Source: Perkinsus chesapeaki ATCC PRA-425 | Lineage: Eukaryota; Protista; Perkinsozoa | Direction: 5' to 3' | Assembly (NCBI GenBank): GCA_013115145.1 | Contig: JAAPAO010000063.1 | Location: 32,520-96,519, forward strand | DNA length: 64,000 bases | Shown here: in pieces, positions 1-12,996 of the stretch | Numbering within the stretch: position 1 is the stretch's first letter | Layout of the letters: every line of letters begins with the position of its first letter | Position numbers and translations under genes: made by a program | Notes under the pieces: generated by a model | Databases searched by the model: none | Seen by the model: only the letters and a program-made list of their open reading frames with translations | Told to the model about the DNA's origin: nothing

Positions 1-332
1 ATAATAATAATATATATTATTATTACGTTTCATTTCATGTTCTTCAAGTGTTTCTACAAAATCAGGTCTTGTTGACGCCGATGTAGAAGGTGACAAACTT
101 TTAGATGACCTATATTAATATATATAAAAGTTAATAATAATATATATTACCCTAATAATGAACCATCACCACCACCACCCATATCATCTTGTATACTACA
201 TATTAATTCCCTATTTCCTGATGTTGATGTGGTGGTTGATGTATTCATTGATTTTATGGTTGGTCCAATTTGTGAATTGGTTATACCACAACCACCAACA
301 ATAGGATAATTAGCTAATTCGCAGACCGACAA
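1..332 (-). CDS. 5' exons of an unknown protein gene running off the left edge of the window
   Basis: Minus-strand open segments (147-332 ORF; about 28-109 reading GHLKSLSPSTSASTRPDFVETLEEHEMK) bounded by AT-rich GT..AG intron-like sequence; no recognisable domain. Confidence 0.35.
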
Positions 333-718
333 GGTGAATAAAGGAAAGTATGATTACAGACAAAGGTAATAATAGAGAAACCTGCACTATCATTCATTAT
401 CCTGTATCATGCGTGCATCAACCTAAGATTCATTTTACATTCCCCTTCCACACCCCTGCTACACCTTCCGCTGACTATGCAAGCTCTAGTACGGTAAATT
501 ATTCGGAGGTCGCAGTGCAGCTGAATCACTGCAAGCTCATTTATTCGGGAATCTTCAATAGAGGTAGTATCTTAATAGCGGGCCATGTGCAATCACGACG
601 ATTATACAAAGGGCCAAGATTTCATTTACCGGAACGTATCGCCCACTTCTTAAATCGTCCGCGACATGTTATCGGTGTCCCCTTATTATAGTTGTCGTTT
701 TGTACTATTTTTTATTGA

Positions 719-3498
719 ATGGGTGCAAGCCTTACTTTTTTAGATAAAGCTAATACTGATGTTACCACTGAATGTGGTGATTGGGTAGTAATAATAATAT
801 TAATAAGCGTATTTATTATTAGGGACCATTATCATATTCGGTATCGGGTATGCAGGGATGGAGAAGGTCAATGGAAGATGATCATATTGCTCATTGGGAT
901 AAAAATAAAAGGTATTAACTAGTCTTTGATATGAAAATATAATATTATTAGAGTTGGATTATTTGGGGTATTTGATGGTCATGGTGGAAGAGGGGCTTCG
1001 CAATATGTAGCAAAGAAAATTATAAAAACAATATTAAATACGGAAGCGTAATAATCAATTATAATTATAATATATAATAAGATTATAGTTATAAAAAGAA
1101 TGATTATGCAAGAGCATTACATGAAGCATTTATGGAAGTTGATAAGGAAATGGCTACTTCAGAGGGAGCTAAAGAGGTTATACTAATAATAAATATTAAT
1201 ACATACCACAATTGGATATAGATAATGCAACTTCATAATGAAGGATTAAAAGAAGATCAACAAAAGATATTACTACGACCATCTCAATTACCAAAAGTAT
1301 TACAACATATGCTTGGGGTGCAGGGAGTAGATGATGGGGAGGAAGGGGACGAAGACAATAATTCGGATTTAAGTGATGTTGATTCATCTTGTCAAAAAGA
1401 AGTAATATTGTTATTATATATGTAATATAATGATACATTTTATTAGGATGATGATGTGCAAATGGATGTTGCTGAAGGTGATAATATTATTAATATAGTA
1501 TTATAATATATTCAACAGATGATACCATAGAAGATAATGATACATCAAAGGCTCTTGTGGATAATGCTGAAGATGCAGCAGCAGGAGCATCAACCGCGCC
1601 TCATACTGCTACGTCATCACCAACAAACTCACCATTGGTAAATATTATAATTGGGTAATGAATATGATTGTATATTAGGAGGGAGTCGATGAAGAAGAAG
1701 TTGAAGAAGAAATAGATTTAGAGACACTCCCTCGTGAGAATCAACACAATGAGAAGCACGAGGAGGGGGAGGCATCATCCACTGGACAGCAGCAGCAGGA
1801 GGAGGATCAGCAGCAGCAGCAGCAGGTACTGTTAATACCTAATAACATTGGTAATATGTGGTGTTAGATGGTGTGGGTTAGATTTGTTGGTGAATGTGGT
1901 GGTAGGTGATATTATTAAATTAAATGATGATGGATTATTAGAAATACCAGAGAATGAGTTTTGGAAAATGTTAGGTCGTCAAATAACAGCAGATGTTCAA
2001 GTAGTAGTTGAAGAAGTTGTAAATATAATAATATATTATTAGGGATGTACTGCAGTTGTATGTGCATTAATATTAGGGGACGGATCTAGTCCACCACAGC
2101 TTATATGTGCTAATACTGGTGATTCTCGGTAACCATTAATAAACCATTATTATTAATATCATCTAACATTATTATTAGTTGCATTCTAGCAAGAAGAAAT
2201 AAAGCTTATGCATTATCAGATGACCATAAACCATCACAAGTAATAATATTATAAATCCGTATTATTATTAATTATATATCAGGATACTGAAATGGAAAGG
2301 ATAATAGCAGCAGGTGGACAGGTGGAAGAATGTATGGGACAATATAGAGTACAAGGTATTGAATATTATTATTATTAAAGTAGTATCTAATTGTTATTAT
2401 TAGGAGATCTGAACTTATCGCGTGCACTTGGTGATCATCGATATAAACACGATACTACATTGCCTCCTGAATGTCAGATTATATCTCCTATGCCGGATTT
2501 AAGGTAGTATTATTATATATTATAATTATTGAAGGGTATTATTATATAAATAGGATAAGACAATTATCAAAAGATGATACACATGTTATACTAGGTTGTG
2601 ATGGTATATGGGAAGTAATAATAATATAATGTCATAGTAATAATATAATTATTATTTATATAGATACATTCAAATCAATCAGCAGTTGATTATGTTTTAT
2701 CATATGAGAAAGCTGCACTTCGATTGATTCATAGTAAACCACATACTGTTGGACAATGGCGCGAGTTAATAATATATCCATTTATTATTAATAATAATTA
2801 TATCATGTTTCAGTAAAGGGAAGAAGCGTAAAGGATCTCCTGTTAAAGCCGGACGATCAGCAGCAGAAGCAGCAGCACCTGAAGTTGGATCATTTAAGCA
2901 ACCGCGTCTGAATGATGTATGAACCTTCGTCGTCTTCTTCTCTTCTTTCTACTTGTTGTTATTATTAGGTTATACTTCATCCAGGCTCAGAAGGTAGTGA
3001 TTCAGCATTCTCATTAGCGGCACTTTCAGGAGCTGTATGTCAAGCAACAGTCTGTCCACAGTAATTGTTATTATTAGCAAATGATAATATTATTATTATT
3101 GGCAGATTACATTTAGATAACCCCAACTTTGAAGGAAATGGATGTGATAATTTAACATTTATGATTATTAAAATACCCGATAATATACGTAAAGTAATAA
3201 TAAGCCATTGTTATACTACTAGCCATAATATCTTAATTAGGCATTACCAGCTCCTAACCCAGAAGAAACACCTGAACCTGGCCCACCTATTGTATATGGT
3301 CAACGACCTAGAAAACGACGCAATTTAACAGATACCAAGTCCGGAGTTGAAGACGAAGAAGAAGGCAAAGAAAACACTTGTACCGAACGTAACGCTAAAC
3401 GGTTAAAGGTTGCTGATACGGCTCCCCCCACCGCCCCCACCGCCGGCACCGACGAGTCTGTTGTTAATCCTTTAGCTGGAACTGGGGAGGGGAAGTGA
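719..3498 (+). CDS. Protein phosphatase 2C (PPM family) with acidic insertion, N-terminal MG (possible myristoylation), multi-exon
   Basis: Spliced motifs [75 protein letters not shown]; starts MGASL at 719 and ends GEGK-TGA at 3498. Confidence 0.93.
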
Positions 3499-3632
3499 AA
3501 TATAAAAATGCATTTGCTACGTAGTTTGATCATAAATTATAGCTTGTTTGAGTTATCCTCTTATATACTTTATATTTTTAGAATCACTTTATTATTATAT
3601 TATCTCATCCTCATCCTTCTAAGCCGGCAATT

Positions 3633-4625
3633 ATGTCTGATATTATTATGAATGCATCTTGTCCTTATCAACAACAACAACAAGAACAAGAACAAGAACT
3701 CCCTCATCCGACAACAGACAGAGTCCGTCGTAATTCAATTATGAGAATACGGCTTAAGAATTCATCATTTCATTTTGAAGAAGATGATCATGATATTAAT
3801 AATAACTATGATGAATCAAATCATTCAGATTCTACAAAATCTGGTATAGTTAGGACTAGAAGTCGTAGTGAAAATGATATATCAAATATCGGTCGTCATG
3901 GTCATTTTATATCTAGATCTCCACTTGTCGCCGAGTTCTATCCTGAAACCGGTATGTTGTCATATTCAATGGATATAAATAACAACAACAACAACGGTTA
4001 TCATCATGGTCAACTCGTGAAGAATCCATTCTCGGGTCAAGAAGATTTATTTCAAGAATCTATTAATGATTATTGTAGTATGAATTATGATGATCCTATA
4101 AATACCTCTGGTAGTAGTCCAAGATTAAATTGGGAAGGTGTAACTACTATAATGCTTCGCAATATACCTAGTCGGTACTGTCCAAAATCATTGAGAAGAC
4201 TAATTGGTAATTTAGGATTTGCTAATTCTATGGATTTCTTTTATATGCCTATGGATTCTGTTAACTATAAGAATCTAGGTTATGCCTTCATCAATTTGAT
4301 AACTGTACATGAAGTTGCTCGTTTTATGGAGGTGTTTGTTGGATATAGATTTGATCCTTCACGTGGATCTGAAAAAGTATGCGAAGTTTGTCCAGCTAGA
4401 GTTCAAGGATTTTATCACAATGTGAGTCATTTCCAGAATTCGGCGACTCGAGTAAGTATACCCGATGAATTCAAACCTATCGCTATTAAGAATGGTGAAG
4501 AGATTGTTATTCATAGTAATCTAAGAAGAGGAAGATCAAACAGCTCGTATAATAGTAAAAGTAAATATAATAATAGGCATACAGGTTATATAGATAATAA
4601 TAAGTTAAGGTCCAGTCATTATTGA
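3633..4625 (+). CDS. Mei2-like RRM (RRM_2) RNA-binding protein, intronless
   Basis: 330-aa ORF containing TTIMLRNIPSRY, DFFYMPMD, NLGYAFINL, KVCEVCPARVQG, the Mei2/terminal-ear-type third RRM. Confidence 0.88.
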   Translation: MSDIIMNASCPYQQQQQEQEQELPHPTTDRVRRNSIMRIRLKNSSFHFEEDDHDINNNYDESNHSDSTKSGIVRTRSRSENDISNIGRHGHFISRSPLVAEFYPETGMLSYSMDINNNNNNGYHHGQLVKNPFSGQEDLFQESINDYCSMNYDDPINTSGSSPRLNWEGVTTIMLRNIPSRYCPKSLRRLIGNLGFANSMDFFYMPMDSVNYKNLGYAFINLITVHEVARFMEVFVGYRFDPSRGSEKVCEVCPARVQGFYHNVSHFQNSATRVSIPDEFKPIAIKNGEEIVIHSNLRRGRSNSSYNSKSKYNNRHTGYIDNNKLRSSHY

Positions 4626-4931
4626 TTGGCATTTTATATAAAGCTTTAGGCGGCTTTAAGCCAAATAAGCCCTATTATTCATTATATATTACAAAATATT
4701 AATATCTATAGGTTATTAATATAATTGTTGCGTTAATAAATGTGTTGCATTAACCAATATCATTATTAAACACCCTTTTACTCTATGCAATACTATAAAA
4801 GGTACTTCGCGAAGGATGCACGACAACTTAAACTAAACATTGGTATTATTATTCAAAGTAGCTTCTAAACGATGAAAAGATGGGCCTTATGAAACATTGA
4901 CAACCCACAAATGAAAGCACAGTTACAGAAT

Positions 4932-6365
4932 CTATAATTGTGATTTAGTTTTGGGTAATTTAGTATGAAGAACCGATTCATAAAGATGATCTAAAGTAAC
5001 AGATTTTGGACGCTCAATAGGCATTTGCATTATTCTTGCCCAAACAAGTTGAGCCATAACTCCCATAGATCTTGATACAGCAAATACAACTGTATAGAAA
5101 TCAGGCTCAACAAGACCATAATGTTTTAACATAACACCAGAGTGAGCATCAACATTGGGATTAGGATTACGAACTTTACCAGTTTTAGCTAATACAGGTG
5201 GTACTGCTTCATATGCTATTGAACATAATTGCACCATAGGATCATCATTTAAATATTTTAAACAGAATTCTCTTTCTAAAAGATAACGTGGATCAGCTAC
5301 TTTTAATACAGCATGACCATATCCAGGAATAACTTTACCATTTTTTAATGTGTTTTCAGCATATTTACGAACACTTTTAACAGTTGGTATAGTTTTATTA
5401 ATATTATGCTCATCCATACATCCTTCTAACCATTTAAGAGATTCTTGATTGGCTATACCATGTAGTGGACCAGCTAAACCACATATACCAGCAGCAAATG
5501 AATAATAAGGATCAGCAAGTGCTGAACCAACAAGATGTGTTGTATGAGCTGATACATTACCACCTTCATGATCAGCATGTAATAACATATAAAGTCTCAT
5601 CATATCAGCAAACATAGGATCATTACTACTTACTCCCAACATATGACTAAAATTAGCAGCCCAATCAAGATTAGGATCACTATTAATTTGATCATCATTA
5701 TGAAATGTTCTTCTATAAATTCTAGCAGCTAATTGTGGTACACGTGCTACCAATGTTATGGCATCTTCTAGGATACTTTCCCAATAATCACTTTTTTTAA
5801 TATCACCATTATAATAACCTTTAGAGAATGCTGAATAAGGCTGCAATGCCAATACACCAATACTCAATTGTGTCATTGGATGCATATCTTTAGGTAAATT
5901 ATTAATGGTATTAATAACATCATCTGGTAGTTGTCCTCTTTTATATAATTCCATATTAAATTCATCGATTGTATCTTTATTAGGTATATTACCAGTAAGT
6001 AATAACCAAAAAGCACCTTCAGGTAAACCAACAGTACTATCATTAGTAGATTTAGGTAATGCTGAATTAACCTCTCTCAGTGTCATCTTTCTATATCTTA
6101 TACCACCGTGAGGATCTAAATCAGATGTATCAGTTAGCATAGTTTTCATACCACGTTCACCACCAAGTACATTAGCAACAGTTATATCACCAATAACATC
6201 ATGACTATGACCATATTTTAATTCAACAAGTCTAGCGAACTCTGATTTCGCCAATGTTCGTATTTCTTCTTTTAAAGTATCCATAACTGGTCGGCTAATA
6301 TTATTCGATTTATCATCATTGTGATATTCAGTAGATGACAATGAAGGTGATGATGAGATACTCAT
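4932..6365 (-). CDS. CS: Citrate synthase (eukaryotic type), intronless, C-terminal KSQL
   Basis: ORF 4932-6407 with likely ATG at 6365. Contains HADHEGGNVSAH, GLAGPLHGIANQE, IPGYGHAVL and NPNVDAHSG catalytic motifs. Confidence 0.96.
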   Translation of the reverse strand: MSISSSPSLSSTEYHNDDKSNNISRPVMDTLKEEIRTLAKSEFARLVELKYGHSHDVIGDITVANVLGGERGMKTMLTDTSDLDPHGGIRYRKMTLREVNSALPKSTNDSTVGLPEGAFWLLLTGNIPNKDTIDEFNMELYKRGQLPDDVINTINNLPKDMHPMTQLSIGVLALQPYSAFSKGYYNGDIKKSDYWESILEDAITLVARVPQLAARIYRRTFHNDDQINSDPNLDWAANFSHMLGVSSNDPMFADMMRLYMLLHADHEGGNVSAHTTHLVGSALADPYYSFAAGICGLAGPLHGIANQESLKWLEGCMDEHNINKTIPTVKSVRKYAENTLKNGKVIPGYGHAVLKVADPRYLLEREFCLKYLNDDPMVQLCSIAYEAVPPVLAKTGKVRNPNPNVDAHSGVMLKHYGLVEPDFYTVVFAVSRSMGVMAQLVWARIMQMPIERPKSVTLDHLYESVLHTKLPKTKSQL

Positions 6366-6660
6366 CTTAATGAGGAGGACAAACTGTGTGTGATTAACAA
6401 ACTTCAAGTCACTTCACAAACGAAAATGTCACAATGTAAGTTACGCTCGCCCAGCTGATCGATTATGAAGAAAATTCCGTGTAGGGGTTGTTGAGATGAG
6501 GAAACTATGCGGCAAGCCGCCAGTAACTCAATACCACAGACGGGTGGTTAAAAAGGCTTATATACTGATGAATGTGTACGCAAGCACGCTGCGACGTCAC
6601 TTGCTATCTTAACTGTTTCTCAACGCCTTGGCTTTCAGTACTGAACACTGAATTAGAACG

Positions 6661-7803
6661 TCAGAGAAAATGCGGTAGAACGTCACTGGCTGGTTTACCA
6701 AGAAAACTATAAGTTGCCAAAGGACTTAAAGGAGTTGATTCGAGGTTAACTTCAATAACCTAATGAAGGGAGGGAACATAATACGGTGGGAATACTAGAC
6801 ACTTGTTACTGGAATGTTACGATTTATGGCAATGTTAGCAAAGCCTGCTGCTGGATACACTATACTAGATGTACCAATTATTATTAATATATCACATGAC
6901 TCTCTAAAATACATATTATAAATATATAATGTATCATTAATTTACATTGCATTATTAGCATGTTTTAAAGTATTATCATCTAAAGCCTCACCAAACCATA
7001 CGACACTTGGTCGTAATAATCTGAATAATAATAATACAATATAACTTTATAGTAGATGGGGTAATACTTCCCATTCCTATGAGGTAATTTATCAACTGGG
7101 ATTATTGCTGATTTTAATGGTTTACTTGGATCAACATCATCATATAGTGCGGGAACAATGGGAATAGTACGATCCTCCCATACCTACATTAACATATTAC
7201 TAAACATAATCTAATAATATTAGTAAGCCAGTACATGAATATTGTCCTGTATGAAAGGAATGGTATCTAACTCCTTTACAAGCCATAATGATCCGTGTAA
7301 TTCTATAACGTGTTGGCTACCAGCAAGTTGATGAAGTCCATCAACATTTTGCTAAGGAACGATGATTGAAGTGATGTGAATTATTATGATGTTGTTGATG
7401 ATGTTAAGCTGCTCACTGTTATAAGTGTGAATTGCAGACCATCTTTCTTTTTCATTTCCTCTAATTCGGTACACCATTTATGACACGTGTTTGGCTTTGA
7501 TTTGGCAACTATCTGTCTTCGATACTCATAAAATTGCCAAACTAATGATGGATCAGATCTGAAAGCCTGTGAAGTTGCTAAACCTAAAAGGAAAGGGCTC
7601 TTCATACAATTGAACAATAAGGTGTTTTTGTTGTTAATATTATCATCACGTGTTGGATCATTGTTTCTCCATAACCCTTGTGGCCCTCTAAATGTTGGTA
7701 TACCACTTTCAGCACTAACTCCAGCCCCAGTGATAATTACTGTATACTTTGATTGTTTTATAAGTGAACGAACCTTTTCTGTTATACAGCAACAATTAGA
7801 CAT
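6661..7803 (-). CDS. Class III sirtuin (SIRT5/CobB-like NAD-dependent deacylase), multi-exon
   Basis: [23 protein letters not shown] (Y-x-x-R typical of desuccinylases), [44 protein letters not shown]; TGA at 6661-6663. Confidence 0.92.
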
Positions 7804-7934
7804 AATAATAAATACCAGAATAATAGTTATTAAAACTTAACACCGACACAGTAATAAAATATATAACAGAAACTAGTAAAGTGTTTTATTATGATGACAA
7901 ATGATGAAGTAGATATAACTAATATGATAATAAT

Positions 7935-8329
7935 TTATTGTGTTTTCTTTGTATCTTTAGTCTTCTTTGAGGTTTTATCATCATGTGTAACATCATCATC
8001 ATCATCACCAGCAGCAGCAGCATTTGATGCATTATTGTTATGATTCCCCTCATCCTCCTTAGTATCATCATCATCAGGGCCAGACTCAACCCGTATCATA
8101 GGCATACGAGTAGTTAACCACCATATCAATGCGATGAATCTGAATACGAATAGTAAAAAACCCTCCCTCCTCCTCCTCCTCCCCCCACCAATAGCTCCTA
8201 CCCAATGGTTAATATTGCATAATCTACCCAATCTGCTTCATCTAAATGATCAATACCAGTAAGATCAATAAGTTGCTTTGGGAATATATATGGTAAACCA
8301 GATTTAACAATTGTAACGTTTTCAGACAT
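7935..8329 (-). CDS. Small single-pass membrane protein with acidic/basic tail, two exons
   Basis: MSENVTIVKSGLPYIFPKQLIDLTGIDHLDEADWVDYAILTIG spliced (GT..CAG intron at about 8140-8201) to FIALIWWLTTRMP...KKTQ-stop. Confidence 0.55.
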
Positions 8330-8851
8330 TATGAATTATTATTAAGTGATAACACTGATATAAGTACTGACATTAGTAGTCTTTGAATTAATAATACATT
8401 AGCAATATAATCTATATAACGTCAATTAGACATTTGCGCCGTGGAGGAGTCAATAAATGATAAACCCTAGCGAAGAGATGCTAACACAAAAACTGTCCCC
8501 TTGAACCCCCTTTAATAAACTGTCGAATAAGGTCATAAGATGGTCAGGTTCCTTATGATGATCCGAATGTGTCATGGTTAACCACGTATTATGATTATGA
8601 TACGAGGATACTTAAATTATTATCCAAATCATCAAATAACCGAGCCATGATGACACTCACAGACTCTCCCGTACGCGTACGGTGTAGATGCTGTTGCAGC
8701 AGCAACAGCAACAGCAGGAACGTTGAACTACAGTCCAGGACTGTCCGACCTCCAAAGTAACTTAGAACACACACCTTAATTTTGGACCAGAAATCACGAT
8801 CTTTCTTAGGGAAGTACCTCTAGATAGAAAAGTCCGATTATAACTCTTTTT

Positions 8852-8914
<63 letters not shown>
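8852..8914. repeat. (TAG)n / (CTA)n microsatellite
   Basis: About 21 perfect GTA units; the source of the spurious poly-Tyr ORF 8762-8959. Confidence 0.95.
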
Positions 8915-9441
8915 TTTATAACCTAGCGTATATACAGTACTAATCCCTATAAGTTTCATTGATCATCAGCAGTCTGAAGAAGTAGTTGAGGGGAAGTCGC
9001 AGAGTCAAGCTTGACACTGCGAATTTCGCGATGCACACGGTGCAACATGCACCAATTATAGCGATCTTTTCTTTTCGCTAATTTGGCAACATTTTCCATG
9101 CCGATCCATATAATAAGGAGATTCTCTGAGCTTGGGGCACAGAGGCACAAATCCGGCAGAGAATGCTGCAGGTGACAAAAACGTGATATTCTACTGTGAG
9201 TTAATTTGGAGGTCTGTACTCTAACTGGGAAGCAGCATTGAAGAAAGAGAAGCATTATATTAAGCGGATGTATACTAAGTGATACACTGTACTAGTATGA
9301 CAATTCATATTTTATTAGATTAGTCATGTGTCATTATTAACCTTTATTAATGGTATTGTTGTTACTTATGATGTGACACAAGTAACAAAAGTCATGTACT
9401 ACGGATCAGGTTGTTCATTGATATGCTTGATTAATAATGTA

Positions 9442-9746
9442 CAGGGTGATGCGAAAAAAAGGGTCCATGCCTCATATTTTTTGGCGCGTGAGAGTCACGA
9501 GTGAAGTAAGGTACCAGCTTGAAGCTCTTGGTGAGCCCTTTCTAATGCCTTATCAACCATTGCGATACTCGAATAAGGCTCTGAGTTATAGCTCAACAAA
9601 AAAACTGTTACATAGAGAAATGCGCTCATCATTAGAAAGGCATTAGAAAGGGCTCACCAAGAGCTTCAAGCTGGTACCTTACTTCATTCGTAACTCTCAC
9701 GCGCCAAAAAAATATGAGGCATGGACCCTTTTTTCGCATCACCCTG
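9442..9746. mobile_element. Non-autonomous Tc1/mariner-type MITE (foldback element), 305 bp
   Basis: 110-bp terminal inverted repeats (9442-9551 and 9637-9746) differing by 2 substitutions and 2 homopolymer indels, with an 85-bp spacer. Termini CAGGGTG...CACCCTG, flanked by TA on both sides (9440-9441, 9747-9748). Confidence 0.9.
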
Positions 9747-10175
9747 TATAATATTAATGAACCCTATGAACATAACGATGTACGACTTCAACGTTATCAG
9801 GCACTAACTGTTATTATCAGCCACTTTATTATGGATACAAGTAAGGATGGATTTAGTTATATCCTAGGATTTACATAATAAGGTATAACAATTGTATTAA
9901 AATCCACCACTTTAAGAGCCGCTGGTATTGTCCTTTCTATTCTCTCACTTGTCTCAAAGTGTGTATCGATTCTAGTATTACATTCTATGTTTTATAAAAT
10001 ACATTCTACTTGTTATAGCATTCAGCAAGCATTCAGTTAGAGTAATTAATCAAATGACATCATCATTACAAGAACCCGAACAGGAACAAGAGTCTGACAT
10101 ACATCACTTTCAACACAATAAGTCTATTATTATTATTAACAGAAACATTAACACCATGCATTATCATCTTAATCA

Positions 10176-12594
10176 TCATGAATACAACAACAGCTGCTGT
10201 TGTTGTTGCTGCTCATCTGACATAGATGGTACTGGTAACCAAGGACGATATAGATATGTTCCAATAACATTTGCAAGATAACCAAACTTAAATAATATCT
10301 AATAATATCATATGTTGGGTAATAATAATGTCATCTACATTACTTTCCTTTGTATATTAGTTATACCAGGTGCTTCATGTCCTTCAAAATCATACCGGAA
10401 CACTAACATAGTACCTATTAATAATAATAACAAATATAATACTAATATTACTACCGGGTTTAAATACAACACTGTGATCACCTCTATATAGTGTACGACT
10501 ATCTAATACTAATGCATCACCAGATCTCCAACATCCATCTGGGTATCTTTTATACATATATTAATAAGTATTATTCAATTGTTGATTATTATTACAATTC
10601 ATGAACCTTCAATACACCTCCAGACATCATAAACCTTTTCGAATATGTACATAATCTATCTATCATCGATATTATCGATGATGATTGATAATCTCCTATT
10701 GATAATATATGGCTTCCTGGTAATATACTTTGTGTACCTTATATAACAATCTCTATTATAACATAACCTCCTTTATAACTATTATTATTATTACCAACAA
10801 CCTACCTATTTTATCATCACGATCTGTTAATGGTAATAATACTGTAAATCCTGCTGCACCATTATCAGCATGAAAATGTCTCTCTGGTGGTGAGCCATGA
10901 TCGATAGTAATCAATCTAACATCTGCTAAATACCTATTTAAACTAGTATTAGTATTAATGATGATATTATCTTATTATTATCATCATCATCACATTCTTT
11001 TCCTTTCACCAGTGCCATCATCTAATTCAGCTGCCATATCCTCCGCAACTGAATGTAATATACCCATCCATGACCTATTACAATGTGTAGTTGCTCCTTC
11101 CATAGTGGTACCTAATAACAATCACACCTTGATAATAACATGTATACTACTATTACCACGTAATAACATATGAAGTCTAGAATGAGCAAATCTTCCAAAT
11201 TTAATATTACCATCATGTGCTAATACTTGTACTCCAATATGGCTGGCATTATCACCATAAGTCTAATAACAACAACAAATAATAATATTGTCGATGTTAA
11301 TACTAACATGAAATGTTTCTTGTAGTTTCTTAATATCCTCAGGTGTTACTGCTTCTCTCAATAAAGCTACTCCCCATTGACGGAGGGATGATGCTATCTT
11401 TTGTGAATCATATCTTGGTGATAGTACTGATGCTTCTGCTACTAACCTACTACTACTCTTTCCTATGGCGGCGGAGGCGGTGAGATATGGCTTAACTTTA
11501 CCTATTAATACTTATTTAATAAATATTGTCCTTTATATTACTTCCTATATTATAACCAAAAGCTCTATCACTATGTCTTCGACCAAATGCTTTATCATCA
11601 TAATAAGTTCTATTATCAAAATACCTATTATTGCTATTATTAAAGTAATGAATATAATGTCCCTCCTCTTTACTGTCTATTATTCCATTCTTTTACCAAT
11701 CCTTCATAGATACCTTCTCTAAATGCTTCTATATTCTTCCATAAATCAACACCTTTATCAGATCTATCAATCTGATAATATCTAATAATAATGATTAATA
11801 ATTTATTATATCACTTTCCGGCATGCTGTGTTAACTATCTCAGTTAGATATTCAGGTATATCACCTATATCACCTGTATGTAACTGATATCTTGCAGCAT
11901 CCCATAACTCAGATCCTAGTAGTAATAAATAATAATACTACCACTATTATTCAACCATTCTAGTACTACTATTATTACTACCTCCAGGATTAATATTATT
12001 GTTAGTTTCATTAATAACTGCTCTCAAATATCTTTCAGAAATCTCTAACATAGGTTCTACTGGTAAACATCTACAAGCTGCTTCTTGAAATTGTTCAAGT
12101 GTAAATCTAATAATAATAATATTCACCCATGTAGTCGTAATACATTGTATCATTACTACCCATGACGTTGCCCAATTTCTGTTATTAATTTCTCCCAATT
12201 AGTATCATTAATTCCTGATATATCCTGATCACGTGAATCATAAACCAGTTCCTGTTTTAGATATTTCCAAGGTATAAACCTATTATCCCATTACTATTAT
12301 CTAATAATAATTAGAAGCAATATAATATTATTACATATTATTTGCAGCAGTATTCTTCAAATATATATGAGTAATAAGTCCAGTTGATGATATACCAGCA
12401 AGGCACCATAAAGTGAAGTTAATTGATTTATCAATATGACGTTTCTTAGGAAAATCTTTTATTAGCTCCCCTGGTATCCATTCCTTTTTATATAACCTTT
12501 TTATCAACCTCAATGTTCTAACTGTAATAATATCAGCAACAGCAGCAATCTTATATGATGATGAGGTAGTAGGATGAGGAGGAGGGATACTCAT
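10176..12594 (-). CDS. Multi-exon protein with C-terminal PhyH-like 2OG-Fe(II) dioxygenase-fold domain (may be one or two genes)
   Basis: Spliced segments ERHFHADN (HxD), GFTVLLPLTD, GTQSILPGSH, GDALVLDSRTLYRG match the PhyH-family pattern. The N-terminal part (MSIPPP... WDNRFIPW) is unassigned. Confidence 0.6.
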
Positions 12595-12731
12595 TAAATT
12601 AATAATGATAACTATTGATAATAATAATAGACACTACGTAAGAACACAAAATACTTATATATGATGATAATGGTTATCCGACAGTTTCACGTAACTTAAA
12701 TGGATAATCATATCTAGTGTAGAGTAATGTT

Positions 12732-12763
<32 letters not shown>

Positions 12764-12996
12764 AAAGAAGAAGAAGAAGAAGAAGAAGAACTACGATAAT
12801 GGTGAATGATGAAATCGTACAATAATAGTTTGGAGGGTTTGGAGGGGTTACCAAGCTTGAGAGAAGTTATTGAATAATACTAGTCATATTAGTTATGTAC
12901 CATTTACAACAACACTAATAATCATAGAGTAAGAATAATATTATTAAATCACATGAATCACAAAAATATAATATATCATCTAAATGATTATTATTA

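Noticed and set aside
8550-8670. C/D-box snoRNA (ATGATGA boxes)
   Set aside because: No suitably placed CTGA D box or terminal stem, and ATGATGA is extremely common in this genome.
8934-9292. Second TA-CAGT...ACTG-TA transposon in the GC-richer intergenic stretch
   Set aside because: Complementarity stops after 4 bp, and there is no TIR or transposase similarity; the region may still be a decayed element.
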